NCBI GenBank assembly: GCA_963703135.1
Contig: OY969791.1
Span: 46,954 to 110,953 of the forward strand
Length of the DNA stretch: 64,000 nt
Direction of reading: 5' to 3'
Source: an uncultured Solirubrobacterales bacterium
GTDB taxonomy: Bacteria; Actinomycetota; Thermoleophilia; Solirubrobacterales; Solirubrobacteraceae
Made by a program: the position numbers and the translations under genes
The notes under the pieces: model-generated
The model's database searches: none
Seen by the model: the letters and a program-made list of their open reading frames with translations, nothing else
What the model was told of the DNA's origin: nothing
Shown here: piece by piece, positions 42,859 to 52,431 of the stretch
How positions within the stretch are numbered: position 1 is the stretch's first letter
How the letters are laid out: each line of letters begins with the position of its first letter

Positions 42859-44013
42859 CTAGGCGTGGAGAGGTCCTGCCGCTTCTATCGACTTCGTCGG
42901 AGAACTCACCGGCGCCGCCTCAGACGCCTGCTCCACACGCCAACGCGCGACGGTCCGACGCAACTGGAAGAAGGCGATCGCGCCGGGAACCGTCGGCAAC
43001 CAGAAGGAGATCGCTCGGTAGGAGAGGACCGCCAAGACAGCCAGGTTGAAATCGACGCCGAACGCGACCAGAGCCCCGATCATGCCCCCCTCGACACCCC
43101 CCAATCCACCCGGGAGCGGCAACAAGTTGCCGGTCATCCCGATGAAGTAGGCCATCAGGATCACTGTGAACGGCGGTGGCGAGCCAAAAGCGTGGAAACA
43201 GGCCCACAACACGCCGATGTCAAAGCCCCACCATGCAAGCCCCCCCAGAAGCCCGACGTCGCGGGAGCGGATCAAATCGATCGCGGTGCGCACTCCGCTG
43301 GCCGCGAGTGCCGGAACAGTGGCCGCGCGAGCCACCCAGTGGGCAACCCGACCAGAGCCGACCGCCCAACGGGCCAGGCGCCGCTCGATGTCACCCGGCA
43401 ACAGCGCCATTGCCCCGACAATCACGAACAGAGTCCCCGCGACGGCCGCGGGGACGATCGTGATCGCGAACGATCCGCCACCCGGGAGCAAGCCGATACC
43501 GAGGCCGATCCCCCCGATCAGCACGGCGGCCGCATAGATCACGTACAGCAGCACCATGAACGCGACCATTCGGCAGGCGACCAGGCGCGGCTCCATGCCC
43601 GAGCGCCGCAGAGCCCAAGCTGTGAGGGCGACGCCGCCGGCGCCGGCAGCCGCGAACAGCCGCGTGGCGGCAAGCCCGGCCATCGTGATCTGGTAGCTCT
43701 CGCGCCAGCCGATCGGGCTCGCACCGCGCACGAAAACAGCTCGGAAAAGCACCACGTAGCCGCCAAACGAGCAGATCTCGAGCAGGACGCCGATCATGAT
43801 CCACCACGTGTCCCCTCGCTCTATCCGATGAGCGGTGCCGCTCAAGCCGGCCAGCTTGGGGAGCACGAAATACAGGAATGCGACGGCAGAGAGGACGAAC
43901 AGGCCGAAGGCGATCGCGCTGCGACGCGTGACCGGCACGATCGGCATCTGCTCCTCCCCAGGGACCTCCCGCGGGTCGACCGGAGCGTTCCCGTGCGTCT
44001 CGGCCGTCGTCAT
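42859..44013 (-). CDS. Flippase-like / lysylphosphatidylglycerol-synthase TM-region (UPF0104) family membrane protein
   Basis: ATG at 44013 (MTTAETHGN..), about 8 TM segments, and the C-terminal GNLLPLPGGLGGVEGGMIGALV typical of this family. ATGA overlap with the upstream PAP2-like gene. Confidence 0.65.
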   Translation of the reverse strand: MTTAETHGNAPVDPREVPGEEQMPIVPVTRRSAIAFGLFVLSAVAFLYFVLPKLAGLSGTAHRIERGDTWWIMIGVLLEICSFGGYVVLFRAVFVRGASPIGWRESYQITMAGLAATRLFAAAGAGGVALTAWALRRSGMEPRLVACRMVAFMVLLYVIYAAAVLIGGIGLGIGLLPGGGSFAITIVPAAVAGTLFVIVGAMALLPGDIERRLARWAVGSGRVAHWVARAATVPALAASGVRTAIDLIRSRDVGLLGGLAWWGFDIGVLWACFHAFGSPPPFTVILMAYFIGMTGNLLPLPGGLGGVEGGMIGALVAFGVDFNLAVLAVLSYRAISFWLPTVPGAIAFFQLRRTVARWRVEQASEAAPVSSPTKSIEAAGPLHA

Positions 44014-44960
44014 CGCCCAGCCTCCTGCGCGCACGCCTCGATGGCCGCAACAGCGCCGGCGATTCGCTTGAGCGCCGGAGCAGCTGCGGGCGCCGCACGC
44101 CGGATCGCCGTCGTGAGCGCGGCGCCGGCGATCAAGTCCACGACATAGTGCTCGCCCAAGTAGACCAGCGCGAAGCCGAGCGTGGCCGTATAGCCCCATC
44201 CCAAGGCGCCCGCCACCGGCCCGGTCTCGGAGAGAAGCTGGGCGGCCATCATCGACGTGGCAAAGTGCAAAGACGGCATCGCGGCCAAAGGATTGCCTCC
44301 AAGAACACTGTAAAGGGGGCCCCAGCCGTCTTTCCAAAAGAACTCGCCGTATTCGACCATCATGCGCCGCACGGCCACCTCGTGGCGGTGCCCGTCGAAT
44401 TCATCGTGACGCGCCACGTCACCCGCCGCATACCACGGCGGCGCAGTCGGCAACACCCAATAGATCATCGCGCCGATGTCGAACACCGCATAGGTCATCA
44501 CCGCCGAGCGATCGAAGCGGCGAGGGTGGCGCAACATGACATAGACGAGCGCCCCGTGGGGCACCATGAACCAGATCCAATGGGCCCACACGAGCACCTT
44601 GTCGCCGAGACGCCATTGGCCTCGTGCCAGGCGTCTCTGTAGACGTACGGTGGGTAGCTCGCCGAGGCCGAGCACGCGATCGATCGCGATTGGATAATCG
44701 ACCAACACCCGCTCTACTTGGGCGCCCTCGTCGTCATGGGGAGTCTTGTAGGCAGCCAGATAAGCCCACATCTGTAGAGAGCAAACGGCGACGTCGCGTG
44801 CGCGCGAGCGCCGTACGGCCACGCACAGACCCACAGGCGCGGCGAACGCGACAGTCTGTGCAACCAAAGGAGGCGTGGAGAGGCGCTTGCGCACGAGCGG
44901 CGCCATCACACCCGCGGCCACGACACCCCAGGCGGCTGTCCTGATGACCCTCGACCGCAC
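44010..44960 (-). CDS. PAP2_3 (Aur1/Ipt1-like) family membrane protein
   Basis: Polytopic, with the motifs AAMPSLHFATSMM and VYLGEHYVVDLIAGA characteristic of the PAP2_3 lipid phosphotransferase/phosphatase group. Confidence 0.6.
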   Translation of the reverse strand: MRSRVIRTAAWGVVAAGVMAPLVRKRLSTPPLVAQTVAFAAPVGLCVAVRRSRARDVAVCSLQMWAYLAAYKTPHDDEGAQVERVLVDYPIAIDRVLGLGELPTVRLQRRLARGQWRLGDKVLVWAHWIWFMVPHGALVYVMLRHPRRFDRSAVMTYAVFDIGAMIYWVLPTAPPWYAAGDVARHDEFDGHRHEVAVRRMMVEYGEFFWKDGWGPLYSVLGGNPLAAMPSLHFATSMMAAQLLSETGPVAGALGWGYTATLGFALVYLGEHYVVDLIAGAALTTAIRRAAPAAAPALKRIAGAVAAIEACAQEAGR

Positions 44961-45032
44961 GGGGCGCTGAGTATATGACGCGGTCCGGCAGGTCCCTCTG
45001 CGTCGGCGCCGTCCGTCAGGTCCTATGGGCCG

Positions 45033-45785
45033 CTATGCGGCCGTACCGGCCTCGTCCCGCTCGCGCATGCGGCGCTCGGCCTCGGCCACCAGCGCCTGCA
45101 CCACCTGGCTGGCCTCGTCCGCCTCGGGATGCCACTGCACGCCGAGCACGAAACGCCGGTCGGGCAGCTCGATTGCCTCGGTGAGGCCGTCCATCGCAGA
45201 GCAGCCGCTGATCTGAAGACCCTCGCCCAAGCGACCGACGCCCTGATGGTGGTGAGACTTGGTCGCATGGTGGGTCTCCCCTGCGGCGCGCGCGGCCAGC
45301 GTACCCTCAACCAAGTCCACGTCATGGTCGGCGCCGTCGAAAGTGCCTGGAAACCTCAGATGTTCGTGATGGCCGAAATGCTCGGGCAGATGCTGTAGCA
45401 GGGTGCCGCCGAACGCCACGTTGATCAGTTGCATTCCGCGACAGATGCCGAGCACCGGCAGGTCACGCTCGATTGCGGCGCGCACCAGCGCGATCTCAAA
45501 TCGATCACGCTCGGGCACGGTCTCGACCGTCTCTGGATGAGCCGCCTCGCCGTAGCTGGCCGGGTCGATATCGACGCCCCCGGCGAGCACCAGTCCGTCG
45601 AGCAGGTCCAACGCTTCGCTTGGATCTTCCACGAGCACCGAGTCGGGAGGCAACATCACGACAAGCGCACCGGCCCGCTGCACCGCCTGGACGTAGCTGC
45701 GCGCAAGCAAGACCGCCTCCTGGTCCCAAGTGCCCCAGCGGGCACGCTCGAGGGCAGTGCATATGCCGATCACGGGCCTTCTCAT
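45033..45785 (-). CDS. Class I glutamine amidotransferase / gamma-glutamyl-GABA hydrolase-like (peptidase C26)
   Basis: PVLGICRGMQLINVAFGGTLLQHL supplies the nucleophile Cys, and ..HHQGV..GVQWHPE the His/Glu. Confidence 0.85.
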   Translation of the reverse strand: MRRPVIGICTALERARWGTWDQEAVLLARSYVQAVQRAGALVVMLPPDSVLVEDPSEALDLLDGLVLAGGVDIDPASYGEAAHPETVETVPERDRFEIALVRAAIERDLPVLGICRGMQLINVAFGGTLLQHLPEHFGHHEHLRFPGTFDGADHDVDLVEGTLAARAAGETHHATKSHHHQGVGRLGEGLQISGCSAMDGLTEAIELPDRRFVLGVQWHPEADEASQVVQALVAEAERRMRERDEAGTAA

Positions 45786-45811
45786 GGCCCACACCATAAA
45801 CTCCCGGCGCG

Positions 45812-46609
45812 ATGCACATGGACACAGTCAACGTGAGGATCGACCAAGGTGCGGCCACGATCGAGCTGAATCGGCCCGAGGCGCTCAACGCTTGGAACAA
45901 GCAACTCGGAGAAGACCTGCTCGCCGCTTTGACCCACGCCGGCGAGGACGAATCGGTACGGGCCGTGCGCATCACCGGCGCGGGACGCGCCTTCTCCTCG
46001 GGCGCGGACCTGAGAGACATCAGCGGCGATGACCTCACACCCGAGGGACGACCAAACGTCTATGGGGCGCTGACCGAGCGCTACCACCCGATCATGCACG
46101 CCATCCGCGAGATGGGAAAGCCCGTGGTCGCGGCCGTGAACGGCGGAGCGGTCGGCATCGGCTGCTCGCTTGCGCTTTGCTGCGACTTGGTGGTGGCATC
46201 CCAGAGCGCCTACTTCCTGCTCGCGTTCGTGAACATCGGCCTGGCACCCGACGGGGGCTCCTCGCTGTTCGTGCCTGCACGCATCGGGATGGCGCGGGCG
46301 GCAGAGATGGCAATGCTGGGCGAGCGCTTGAGTGCCCCCAAGGCACTCGATTGGGGGCTTGCCAACCGCGTATTCGCCGACGAGGACTTCGAGCGCGAGA
46401 GCGCGGCGCTCACCACCCGCTTGGCGCTCGGCCCCACCCGCTCCTATGCCGCCAGCAAGCGCCTGCTCAACGAGCGCATGTATGCGGGCATGGAGGAGCA
46501 GCTCGAGTTGGAGGCCACCTTGCAGCAGGAGATGGCTGGCAGCGACGATTTCATCGAGGGCGTGAGCGCCTTCCTGGCCAAGCGCCCGGCGCGCTTCGCG
46601 GGACGTTGA
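45812..46609 (+). CDS. Enoyl-CoA hydratase/isomerase family protein
   Basis: ELNRPEALNAW..RAFSSGADL..KPVVAAVNGGAVGIGCSLALCCDL..AFLAKRPARF. Confidence 0.9.
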   Translation: MHMDTVNVRIDQGAATIELNRPEALNAWNKQLGEDLLAALTHAGEDESVRAVRITGAGRAFSSGADLRDISGDDLTPEGRPNVYGALTERYHPIMHAIREMGKPVVAAVNGGAVGIGCSLALCCDLVVASQSAYFLLAFVNIGLAPDGGSSLFVPARIGMARAAEMAMLGERLSAPKALDWGLANRVFADEDFERESAALTTRLALGPTRSYAASKRLLNERMYAGMEEQLELEATLQQEMAGSDDFIEGVSAFLAKRPARFAGR

Positions 46610-46715
46610 AGGGCCCTCCCGCACACCGGATCGCCTCTTCGGACCGGGCTCGCGAGCGTGTTCCGGTGGTTGGGCAAGCGCATTCCGTCCTCGCCTGAAT
46701 AGAATCCCGCCCGCC

Positions 46716-47555
46716 TTGCATCAGCTCCTCGCCACAGCTCTAGCGTTCTTCACCCCCCAGTCGGGCGGGTCGCCCAACGCCGACAAGATCAACGATCTCT
46801 ACAAGATCACCCTCTACGCGGCGCTTGTGATCTTCGTGCTCGTCGAGGGCGCGCTCGGATATGCGCTGTGGCGCTTCCGAGCCCGCAAGGGCGCCATCGC
46901 GGCTCAGATCCACGGCAACACACGCCTTGAGATCGGATGGACGGTAGGCGCGGCCGTAATCCTGCTGGCGCTTGCGGTGCTGACGTTGGCCAAGCTCTCC
47001 TCGATCCAGGACCCGGTCGACTCAAGCGCCGAAGGCGAACACCTGGTGAGCGACGGCTCGCGTCTGTATGCGAGCAACACACCGAAGCTTCCGCCCAACG
47101 GCAAGTCCTTGAAAATCACCGTGGTGGGACGACAGTTCGTGTGGCAGTACGTGTATCCCGGCGCAAGCGAAGCCGACGGGCTCGGCGCGCCGTACTCCTA
47201 CCAGGAGATGGTCGTTCCTACCAACACCACCGTCACGCTCGACATCGTCTCCGCCGACGTGGTCCACTCCTGGTGGGTTCCCCAGCTCGGCGGCAAGTTC
47301 CAAGCGGTGCCCGGCTATCACAACTACACCTGGTTCAAGATCGAAAAACCGGGCATCTTCAGGGGCCAGTGCGCGCTGATCTGCGGACGCGGCCACGCGC
47401 GCATGACCGCCACCGTCAAGGCGGTTCCGCCGGCCCAATTCGAAGCTTGGCTTGCCTACCAAAAGAAGCTGATCGCCGAAGCCAATGCCGAAGCCAAGGT
47501 GGCACGCGCCAAGCTCGGCAAGCAGGTCGGTGCGGGCCAGGTGGAGAACCCGTGA
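46716..47555 (+). CDS. ctaC: Cytochrome c oxidase subunit II (copy 1)
   Basis: Two TM helices plus the CuA domain DVVHSWWVPQLGGKFQAVPG..GQCALICGRGHARM (H, C-x3-C-x3-H-x2-M). TTG start. Confidence 0.88.
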   Translation: MHQLLATALAFFTPQSGGSPNADKINDLYKITLYAALVIFVLVEGALGYALWRFRARKGAIAAQIHGNTRLEIGWTVGAAVILLALAVLTLAKLSSIQDPVDSSAEGEHLVSDGSRLYASNTPKLPPNGKSLKITVVGRQFVWQYVYPGASEADGLGAPYSYQEMVVPTNTTVTLDIVSADVVHSWWVPQLGGKFQAVPGYHNYTWFKIEKPGIFRGQCALICGRGHARMTATVKAVPPAQFEAWLAYQKKLIAEANAEAKVARAKLGKQVGAGQVENP

Positions 47556-47635
47556 GGCAGGCTCGCTCCTCTTTCGCTGCCTCCCAGACGCAGTCCCGCC
47601 GAACTTCCCAGCCAGGACATTAGGAGACCCGCTCG

Positions 47636-49348
47636 ATGGCCACCTACGCAGCCCCAGCCCCCCAGATAGTCGCCCATGAGGCCAAGGCCGAGCCGAAGGG
47701 TTGGGCCAGCTGGATCACGACAACCGACCACAAGCGGATCGGGATCATGTACATGGTCACAACTTTCGTGTTCTTCATCTTGGGCGGCGTCGAGGCCTTG
47801 TTGATCCGCCTACAGCTGGGTTTGCCCAACAACACACTGGTATCCCCCCAGATCTACAACCAGCTGTTCACGTTGCACGGGACCACGATGATCTTCCTGT
47901 TCGTGGTGCCGATGATGGCCGGCCTGGCCAACTACTTCGTGCCTTTGATGATCGGCGCGCGGGATATGGCCTATCCGCGCCTGAACGCACTCTCCTACTG
48001 GCTTCTGCTGGCTGGTGGCCTGGTGTTCTACGCCTCGATCTTCTGGAATCCGCCGGAAGCAGGATGGACGAGCTACGTGCCGCTGTCGGGCATCAACTAT
48101 TCGCCCGGAGGCGGCCAGGACGCTTGGATCTACTTGATCCACCTGACGGGCCTCTCCTCGATCATCGGCGCGATCAACTTCTACGCGACGATCGCCAACA
48201 TGCGCGCCAAGGGCATGAGCTGGGGCCGCCTGCCGCTATTCATCTGGGCGATCTTGACCTACTCGATACTGCTGATCTTCGCCCTGCCTGTGATCGCCGC
48301 CGCGGTCACGATGCTGTTGACCGACAGGCACTTCGGCACCCACTTCTTCGATCCGGCAAACGGCGGCTCGGCGCTGCTCTGGCAGCACATGTTCTGGTTC
48401 TTCGGACACCCCGAGGTCTACATCATGGTGCTGCCCGGGTTCGGGATCGTCTCGGAGATCCTGCCCGTGTTCGCACGCAAGCCAATCTTCGGCTACAAGG
48501 CGATCGCGGCCTCCACCGTGGCGATCGCGTTCCTGGGCTTCTTGACCTGGGCGCACCACATGTTCACGACGCCGATCCCGGAGGCGATCCTGATCTTCGT
48601 GATGATGAGTTCGTTCTTGATCGCGGTGCCCACGGGCGTGAAGATTTTCAACTGGATCGCGACCCTTTGGGAGGGGACGATCGAATTCAAGACGCCCCTG
48701 CTGTTTTGCGTCGGCTTCATCGCGCTGTTCATCATCGGCGGCATCTCGGGCGTGTTCTTGGCCGTGTTCCCTGTCGATTGGCAGCTCAACGAAACCTACT
48801 TCGTGGTCGCCCACATCCACTTCGTGCTGATGGGCGGCGCCGTGTTCACGATCTTCGCGGCGATCTATTTCTGGTTCCCCAAGATCACGGGGCGAATGAT
48901 GAGCGAGGGCCTGGGCAAGCTCAGCTTCTGGCTGATGTTCTTCGGCTTTCTGGCGACCTTCCTGATCCAGCACGTGATCGGACTCGACGGCATGCCCAGA
49001 CGTGTCTATGAGTACGACAACGTGGGCAATCTGGCGCTTTACAACCTGATCTCCACGATCGGCTCGTTCATTCTCGCCGTGGGCATCCTTGCGACGATCG
49101 TCAACGTTGTGCGTAGCCTCAAGCACGGGGCGATCGCCGGGCCGGACCCTTGGAAGGCCAACAGCTTGGAGTGGTTCACGCAGTCTCCTCCGCCCACCAA
49201 CAACTTCGACGTCGTCCCGCTGGTGCGCTCGTATGAGCCGATGAAGGACATCCGGCGCGAGATCGAGCAGCGCACCACGGGCGGTCCCGGCTGGGCCGGA
49301 CAGGCATCGCCGACAGTACCGAGCGGCGCCACCCAAGTCGGCGTGTGA
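47636..49348 (+). CDS. ctaD: Cytochrome c oxidase subunit I (copy 1)
   Basis: TTDHKRIGIMY..LFTLHGTTMIFL..WFFGHPEVYI..WAHHMF..HFVLMGG are the canonical heme-copper oxidase motifs. Confidence 0.95.
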   Translation: MATYAAPAPQIVAHEAKAEPKGWASWITTTDHKRIGIMYMVTTFVFFILGGVEALLIRLQLGLPNNTLVSPQIYNQLFTLHGTTMIFLFVVPMMAGLANYFVPLMIGARDMAYPRLNALSYWLLLAGGLVFYASIFWNPPEAGWTSYVPLSGINYSPGGGQDAWIYLIHLTGLSSIIGAINFYATIANMRAKGMSWGRLPLFIWAILTYSILLIFALPVIAAAVTMLLTDRHFGTHFFDPANGGSALLWQHMFWFFGHPEVYIMVLPGFGIVSEILPVFARKPIFGYKAIAASTVAIAFLGFLTWAHHMFTTPIPEAILIFVMMSSFLIAVPTGVKIFNWIATLWEGTIEFKTPLLFCVGFIALFIIGGISGVFLAVFPVDWQLNETYFVVAHIHFVLMGGAVFTIFAAIYFWFPKITGRMMSEGLGKLSFWLMFFGFLATFLIQHVIGLDGMPRRVYEYDNVGNLALYNLISTIGSFILAVGILATIVNVVRSLKHGAIAGPDPWKANSLEWFTQSPPPTNNFDVVPLVRSYEPMKDIRREIEQRTTGGPGWAGQASPTVPSGATQVGV

Positions 49349-49425
49349 GAGCACGCCGCGTCTGGCACGCTTACCAGCGGTAGAGTTCGCGGTGTGATGC
49401 AGGTTTCTGGCAGTCCGGGGTCGCG

Positions 49426-50364
49426 GTGATGGAGAGCACCAGCACGTCCACCTACGTTCCGCAGAGCAGTGGCGCGATCGCCGCACCGCTCGCTCCCCCG
49501 CACTCAGGGACGCGCCAGCTGATCGGCGACTATCTCGAGCTGACCAAGCCGAAGGTGCAGTCGCTGCTGCTGCTGACGACGATCACGACGATGCTTGTCG
49601 CCGGCGAACCCTCGGTCGCGTTGATCGCCTTGACGTGTCTCGGTGGCTACCTCTCGGCCGGCGGCGCGGGAGCCGTGAACCACTGGTTCGACCGCGACAT
49701 CGACGCACGCATGGCGCGCACGGCCAACCGCCCGGTGCCCTCGGGCAGGGTCTCCCCCACGGCAGCTTTGATTTTCGGTTGCACCTTGGCGGCGCTTTCG
49801 TTCTTGGAGCTCTCGCTCACGGTGAACACGCTGGCCGCGAGCCTTTCGCTGGCGGGCTTCTTGGGCTATGTGTTCGTTTACACGATCTGGCTCAAGCGTC
49901 GAACGCCGCAAAACATCGTGATCGGAGGCGCCGCGGGGGCCGTACCTCCACTGGTGGGCTGGGCCGCGGTCACGGGCTCGGTCAACGGTATCGCGGTGCT
50001 TCTCTTCTTCATCGTCTTCTTCTGGACGCCACCTCACTTCTGGGCGCTGTCGCTGTTGATGAAGGGCGAGTACGAGAAGGTCGGCGTGCCGATGATGCCG
50101 GTGGTGCGCGGCGAGGCCGAGACACGCCGGCAGATCCTGCTCTACACCGTGCTGCTCTACGCCGTCACCCAGCTGCCGTTCTGCGCTGGAGGTTTCGGCG
50201 GCATATATCTCGTCGCCTCGCTGCTGCTCGGCCTCGGTTTCATCGCGGGCGCCGTGCGCCTTTACCGCCGAGCGGACCGGCGCAGCGCGCTACAGCTGTA
50301 TCTGTTCTCGCTGGCCTATCTGGCGTTGCTGTTCTGCGCGATGGTCGCCGACGCCAAGCTGTAG
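49426..50364 (+). CDS. ctaB: Protoheme IX farnesyltransferase (heme O synthase)
   Basis: LELTKPKVQSLLL..NHWFDRDIDARMARTANRPVPSGR..FFWTPPHFWALS. Confidence 0.93.
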   Translation: MMESTSTSTYVPQSSGAIAAPLAPPHSGTRQLIGDYLELTKPKVQSLLLLTTITTMLVAGEPSVALIALTCLGGYLSAGGAGAVNHWFDRDIDARMARTANRPVPSGRVSPTAALIFGCTLAALSFLELSLTVNTLAASLSLAGFLGYVFVYTIWLKRRTPQNIVIGGAAGAVPPLVGWAAVTGSVNGIAVLLFFIVFFWTPPHFWALSLLMKGEYEKVGVPMMPVVRGEAETRRQILLYTVLLYAVTQLPFCAGGFGGIYLVASLLLGLGFIAGAVRLYRRADRRSALQLYLFSLAYLALLFCAMVADAKL

Positions 50365-50470
50365 GGGCGCGCCGGCCCGCCCGACTCCGAGCGGCCACCG
50401 CCGATGGGCCTCGCGAAGCGACGCCGTGTCAAGACCAACACGACGGCCCTCGGGATATACTGCCGGCCGC

Positions 50471-50581
50471 ATGGATCGTCGCCTCGCCAAGAAGAACATC
50501 CGTACCGGCCTGATCGTGGCGGCCATCTGCATGTTCATGTTCGGCATCTCCTTCGTGGTCGCCGCGGCCTATATCTCGTGA
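50471..50581 (+). CDS. Unlisted 36-aa single-TM micro-ORF (oxidase small assembly/subunit-like)
   Basis: My own translation is MDRRLAKKNIRTGLIVAAICMFMFGISFVVAAAYIS. Its TGA overlaps the GTG of the next ORF (GTGA at 50578-50581). It is below the track's length cut-off. Confidence 0.45.
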   Translation: MDRRLAKKNIRTGLIVAAICMFMFGISFVVAAAYIS

Positions 50582-50805
50582 GCCCGCTCGACCCGGAGAT
50601 CCCCCCGGCGGGTGAGGAGGTCCACCTCCCGGGCCCGACGCTGCTGCCCCTGTTGACCGCGGCCGGTATCACCTTGGCGGTCGTCGGCATCACCGTCAGC
50701 GCGATCCTGTTGATCGGCGGCTCGATCTTGACGATCGTGTGCGTGATCCGCTGGATCATGGACACGCGTCGCGAAATCAACGAGCTTCCGCTCGACCACC
50801 ACTGA
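50578..50805 (+). CDS. 75-aa two-TM membrane protein associated with the oxidase operon
   Basis: VSPLDPEIPPAGEEVHLPGPTLLPLLTAAGITLAVVGITVSAILLIGGSILTIVCVIRWIMDTRREINELPLDHH. GTG start within track ORF 50404..50805. Confidence 0.55.
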   Translation: MSPLDPEIPPAGEEVHLPGPTLLPLLTAAGITLAVVGITVSAILLIGGSILTIVCVIRWIMDTRREINELPLDHH

Positions 50806-50983
50806 GCACCTCCTAAACGCGCCGACGGCTGCCCGCGAAGGCAATTGACAGGCCGGCGAAGGGCTCGGCCGCGCTGGCGGGGTCGGGGCACAGGTGAGGC
50901 GCCGCGCGCGGTTCGCCTACCACGCGCGGCCCCGACGGAAGGCGGCGCTCGCATCCCCTACGAGCCGCCGGCCTTCCCCTCTC

Positions 50984-51397
50984 TCACCCCACGGCTGCGC
51001 TCGCCGGGACAGGGCAGATGGCTCCCTCGTCCGTCCAGCAGCGCACGACGTCGCGCACGGAGAGGATCCCCATTGTCTCCCCATGCTCGACGACGATCAG
51101 GTGGCGAAAGCCGCCGCGCACCATTGCGGCGGCGGCTTGCTCCAAAGACCAGTTGGGCTCGGCGAACACGACATCCCTTGTCAGGTGGTCTGCGACCAGC
51201 TCGACATCGGGGTTCTCGCCGGCGCCGATCGAGGTGAGCACGTCACGCTCGGTGAGGATGCCCGGACCGCCGGCATCGGGGTCGATCACGACCGCGGCGC
51301 CCACGTGGCGCTCGGACATCGAGCGCGCGGCGTCGCGCAAAGTGTGGCCGGGACCCACGGTCAAGACCATCGGGCTCATACCGTCTCTCACCTGCAT
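50984..51397 (-). CDS. CBS-pair domain protein
   Basis: MQVRDGMSPMVLTVGPGHTLRDAARSMSERHVGAAVVID..GILTERDV.. repeated as a second CBS motif (..FRHLIVVEHGETMGILSVRDV). Confidence 0.85.
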   Translation of the reverse strand: MQVRDGMSPMVLTVGPGHTLRDAARSMSERHVGAAVVIDPDAGGPGILTERDVLTSIGAGENPDVELVADHLTRDVVFAEPNWSLEQAAAAMVRGGFRHLIVVEHGETMGILSVRDVVRCWTDEGAICPVPASAAVG

Positions 51398-51624
51398 GGC
51401 GTTCGCCTCCTTCCTTTCCCTGGATCGCCGCTTGCAACGATTGCCTCAATGTATTGCGTTATGCGCTCCCCGTCAAGCTTGGATCGCGTGCCGCTCAATT
51501 ACCCGCGGGGAGCCGCCCAAACCCCGCGCAGGGCATTCATCGTCGCCAGGCATTAGGATCACGCCTCCGATGCCTAGGTTCATTCCAGAGGGGCACGCGA
51601 CGAACACGCGGGGAGGCGTGCGCG

Positions 51625-52371
51625 GTGGTCTCTAGGCGCTCCATTGTGGGGGCGGCCGTAGCGGGTCTGATCGCCACCGCGATCGGGATCGCGCTCAGCT
51701 ATGCGATCCACTGGTTCCCGGTCCAAGCCTCAACCCAGGCGCACAACACCGACGCCTTTTACCACGTGCTCGTGATCGCCTCGGTGCCGATCTTCGTACT
51801 CGTCGTCACGGTGATCCTGTACTCCGTCTGGAAGTTCCGCATGAAGCCCGGCCAGGAGCTACAGGACGGCCCGCCGATCCACGGCAACACGCGCTTGGAG
51901 GTCCTGTGGACGGCGATCCCGGCGGCCTTGCTGCTCGGACTCGTCTCCTACTCGTTCGTGGTCTTGCACGAAAACGAAAAGAAGCCGGCCGGCCCCGAGA
52001 TGGTGGTCAACGTGACCGGACAGCAGTTCGCCTGGTCCTATGAATACCCGCGCTCGGTCACCGGCGGCGCGCCTTTGAAGACGACCAAGCTGTACGTGCC
52101 CAACAACGAGTCGGTCAAGTTCGAGATCAAATCGCTCGACGTGATCCACGCCTTCTGGATTCCTGCGTTCCGCCTACAGATCGACGCCGTGCCGGGGATC
52201 ACGACCAGCTATCGCGCGACGCCGGACAGGCTCGGCTCCTACCCGGTCGTCTGCAACCTGCTTTGTGGGGTGGGCCACGGCCTGATGCGCTCGACGATCC
52301 ACGTCGTGGCCCCGACCGCCTTCCAAGCCTGGCTCAAAGCCCAGACAAGCGCTCCTTCGAGCGGGGCCTGA
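51625..52371 (+). CDS. ctaC: Cytochrome c oxidase subunit II (copy 2)
   Basis: GTG at 51625 with GGGGAGG 8 nt upstream. Two TM helices. The CuA domain is DVIHAFWIPAFRLQIDAVPG..VVCNLLCGVGHGLM. Confidence 0.85.
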   Translation: MVSRRSIVGAAVAGLIATAIGIALSYAIHWFPVQASTQAHNTDAFYHVLVIASVPIFVLVVTVILYSVWKFRMKPGQELQDGPPIHGNTRLEVLWTAIPAALLLGLVSYSFVVLHENEKKPAGPEMVVNVTGQQFAWSYEYPRSVTGGAPLKTTKLYVPNNESVKFEIKSLDVIHAFWIPAFRLQIDAVPGITTSYRATPDRLGSYPVVCNLLCGVGHGLMRSTIHVVAPTAFQAWLKAQTSAPSSGA

Positions 52372-52431
52372 ATGTAAGGTGAGGGATGCAATGGGGATAA
52401 GGGTCGCTGCGATGGTCGGGAGAGGGCGCTG

